Shown piece after piece: positions 62,489 to 64,000 of a DNA stretch of 64,000 nt. Below the pieces are notes generated by a model. That model was not told where the DNA came from and made no database searches. It worked only from the letters and a program-made list of their open reading frames with translations. The position numbers and the translations under genes are program-made. The stretch's first letter is position 1, and each line of letters starts with the position of its first letter. The stretch is from assembly GCA_023205875.1 (NCBI GenBank), contig CP060773.1:310001-374000 (forward strand), read 5' to 3'. This DNA is from Chloropicon primus. Its lineage: Eukaryota.

Positions 62489-63085
62489 GGTCCTCCTGCA
62501 CTCCGCCACCTTGAACCTTTTCGGGTGCTCCTTCGAGGCTCTCTTCGTCGCTGTCTTCTCACACCTCCATCATGCTGACCATCCCGACGCCTCGAGCACC
62601 TCGCCGTCCCTGGCCTCTCGCCGTCACGGCTTCCGCCAAAGTATGAACGAAGCGTTGCTCTCAGTGCGTCCTGTCGAGTCACCCCCTGTTTCGGGTCCTC
62701 AAATCTTCCTCAGACCGCTTCCAGTTTCAAGCGAGAGCTCTTTCGAAAGAAGAAGAGATGGTGCTTCCTCCTCGCTCTCTTCCTTTCTCCCTCTCGACCT
62801 CCCCCGCCCCCCACTGCCTCACAAGCGTCCGCCTTTCTCTCTCCCTCTCGGCTGGGCTCGATCGGTTTGTCCCGTTCAGCCTCGCCGGCGATCGCTGCTC
62901 TCGGAGATCAAAGGCTTGGGAGATCAGAGCTTGGAGGGGGAGGAGTTGCAGGGCGAGGTGAGGGTGATCACAAGGAGGGAAGGGGCATCAAGTGACGTGC
63001 GCACCAAGATCATCTCACGATCTTTCGCTGGAGTCCGCAGTCGATCAAAATGACCCACGGGTGAGGGAGCTGGTGGAATGGAGGA

Positions 63086-63118
<33 letters not shown>

Positions 63119-63244
63119 CAACTACCTCTCGTAACGTAACGTTCATACACATAGGAAAGCGAGGTCCTCTGCGGTCCTCTGCGCTCCACCGGTGATTTAT
63201 TTGGTAAGACTTCTGCCGCGAAAGGTGGACCGTACCCATGCCCC

Positions 63245-64000
63245 CTACAGCTCCTCGATGAGAGGTTTGAAGTCCTCAGAGGCAGGACGCGGTGAGGCGC
63301 CGTCGTCGTTGCCTCTGGAAGGGTTCTCAACAACGAGGAGCTTCTCCTCCAGGGAGCTCCCTTGCGGATTTGCGTCGACTGGCGCTTGCCTTGCGGACGC
63401 GTTCGACTTGGGATTATTGCTTGCCTTGTTCCTCTCCTCATCCTCTGCCAGCTGCTCGAATCGCTTGGCCATCGTCCCCGCCATCGACTGGTAGAAAGCC
63501 ATCACCTGCGGGTTGTTTTGGTACTTCTTGATGTTCTCCGGATTCTTCGCGATGTCGTTGACCGCCTGCATCACTTCGGGGTTGTCGAACCCCTTCATGA
63601 GGTCTGGGTTCTGCATCACGTTCTGCATCATGTCCGCGGTGGGCTTCATCGCATCAGCGACCTTCTCCTTCATTTGCATCAGCTTGGCCTGGTCCGAGTT
63701 CGGGTCGATCTTCATCCATTCTGGAACTTTTGTTTGGCTGCCCTGGCCACCCAAGTCCCCCCCTCCCTTCCATGCTTTGATCTCCACCATCCCATCCTTC
63801 TTCTTCTTCTTCTTCTTCTCCTGCTGCTGAGGCTTCTTCCTCGGAGCATCGAAGAACCCACGCCTCATTCCCTGCTTCACAGGAGCCGCTTTGCTGGCCG
63901 CCCTTGCAGCCGGCTTGGCAGCGTACGCTCCTGCCAAATACAGCAATGCAGAGAGCCATCTTCAGTCTCACAATTCCCTGGCACGGTTGCCATCAGCTTG
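63245..64000 (-). CDS. STI1/HOP DP-domain protein, 5'-partial (last exon begins about 63931)
   Basis: MMQNVMQNPDLMKGFDNPEVMQAVNDIAKNPENIKKYQNNPQVM is an STI1-type motif. A probable CAG acceptor lies near 63932 and the start is outside the window. Confidence 0.7.

Noticed and set aside
62489..63244. Small ORFs between IRE1 and the STI1-domain gene
   Set aside because: This is UTR/promoter-like sequence with CT and CA microsatellites and no coherent coding signal.

Overview
Eukaryotic, gene-dense genomic window. Short GT-AG introns, TGTAA poly(A)-type signals, a thylakoid-lumen FKBP and plant-type IRE1/OPI10 point to a compact-genome green alga; a picoplanktonic chlorophyte such as Chloropicon is a guess. 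About 73% of the window (46840 down to <1, minus strand) appears to be one gigantic gene of >15,500 codons that runs off the window edge. From the N-terminus it encodes a basic tail, one signal-anchor helix, an RRLL processing motif, two phage-tail-fibre-like modules and a Cys patch. These are followed by a degenerate Gly/Ser beta-solenoid, about 15 near-identical 774-bp (258-aa) solenoid repeats, a short linker and about 260 tandem 120/102-bp (40/34-aa) repeats with strict 6-residue periodicity. Scattered 1-2 nt frameshifts in the arrays look like long-read consensus errors. The remaining 17 kb holds housekeeping-type genes: OPI10/Hikeshi, a BIVM/C39-like protein, a small orphan, a bestrophin, TMEM97/EXPERA, a TruA/Pus1 synthase, an FKBP16-1-like PPIase, IRE1 with two C-terminal CCCH fingers, and a partial STI1-domain gene. 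All family calls are from motif recognition only; no searches were run.
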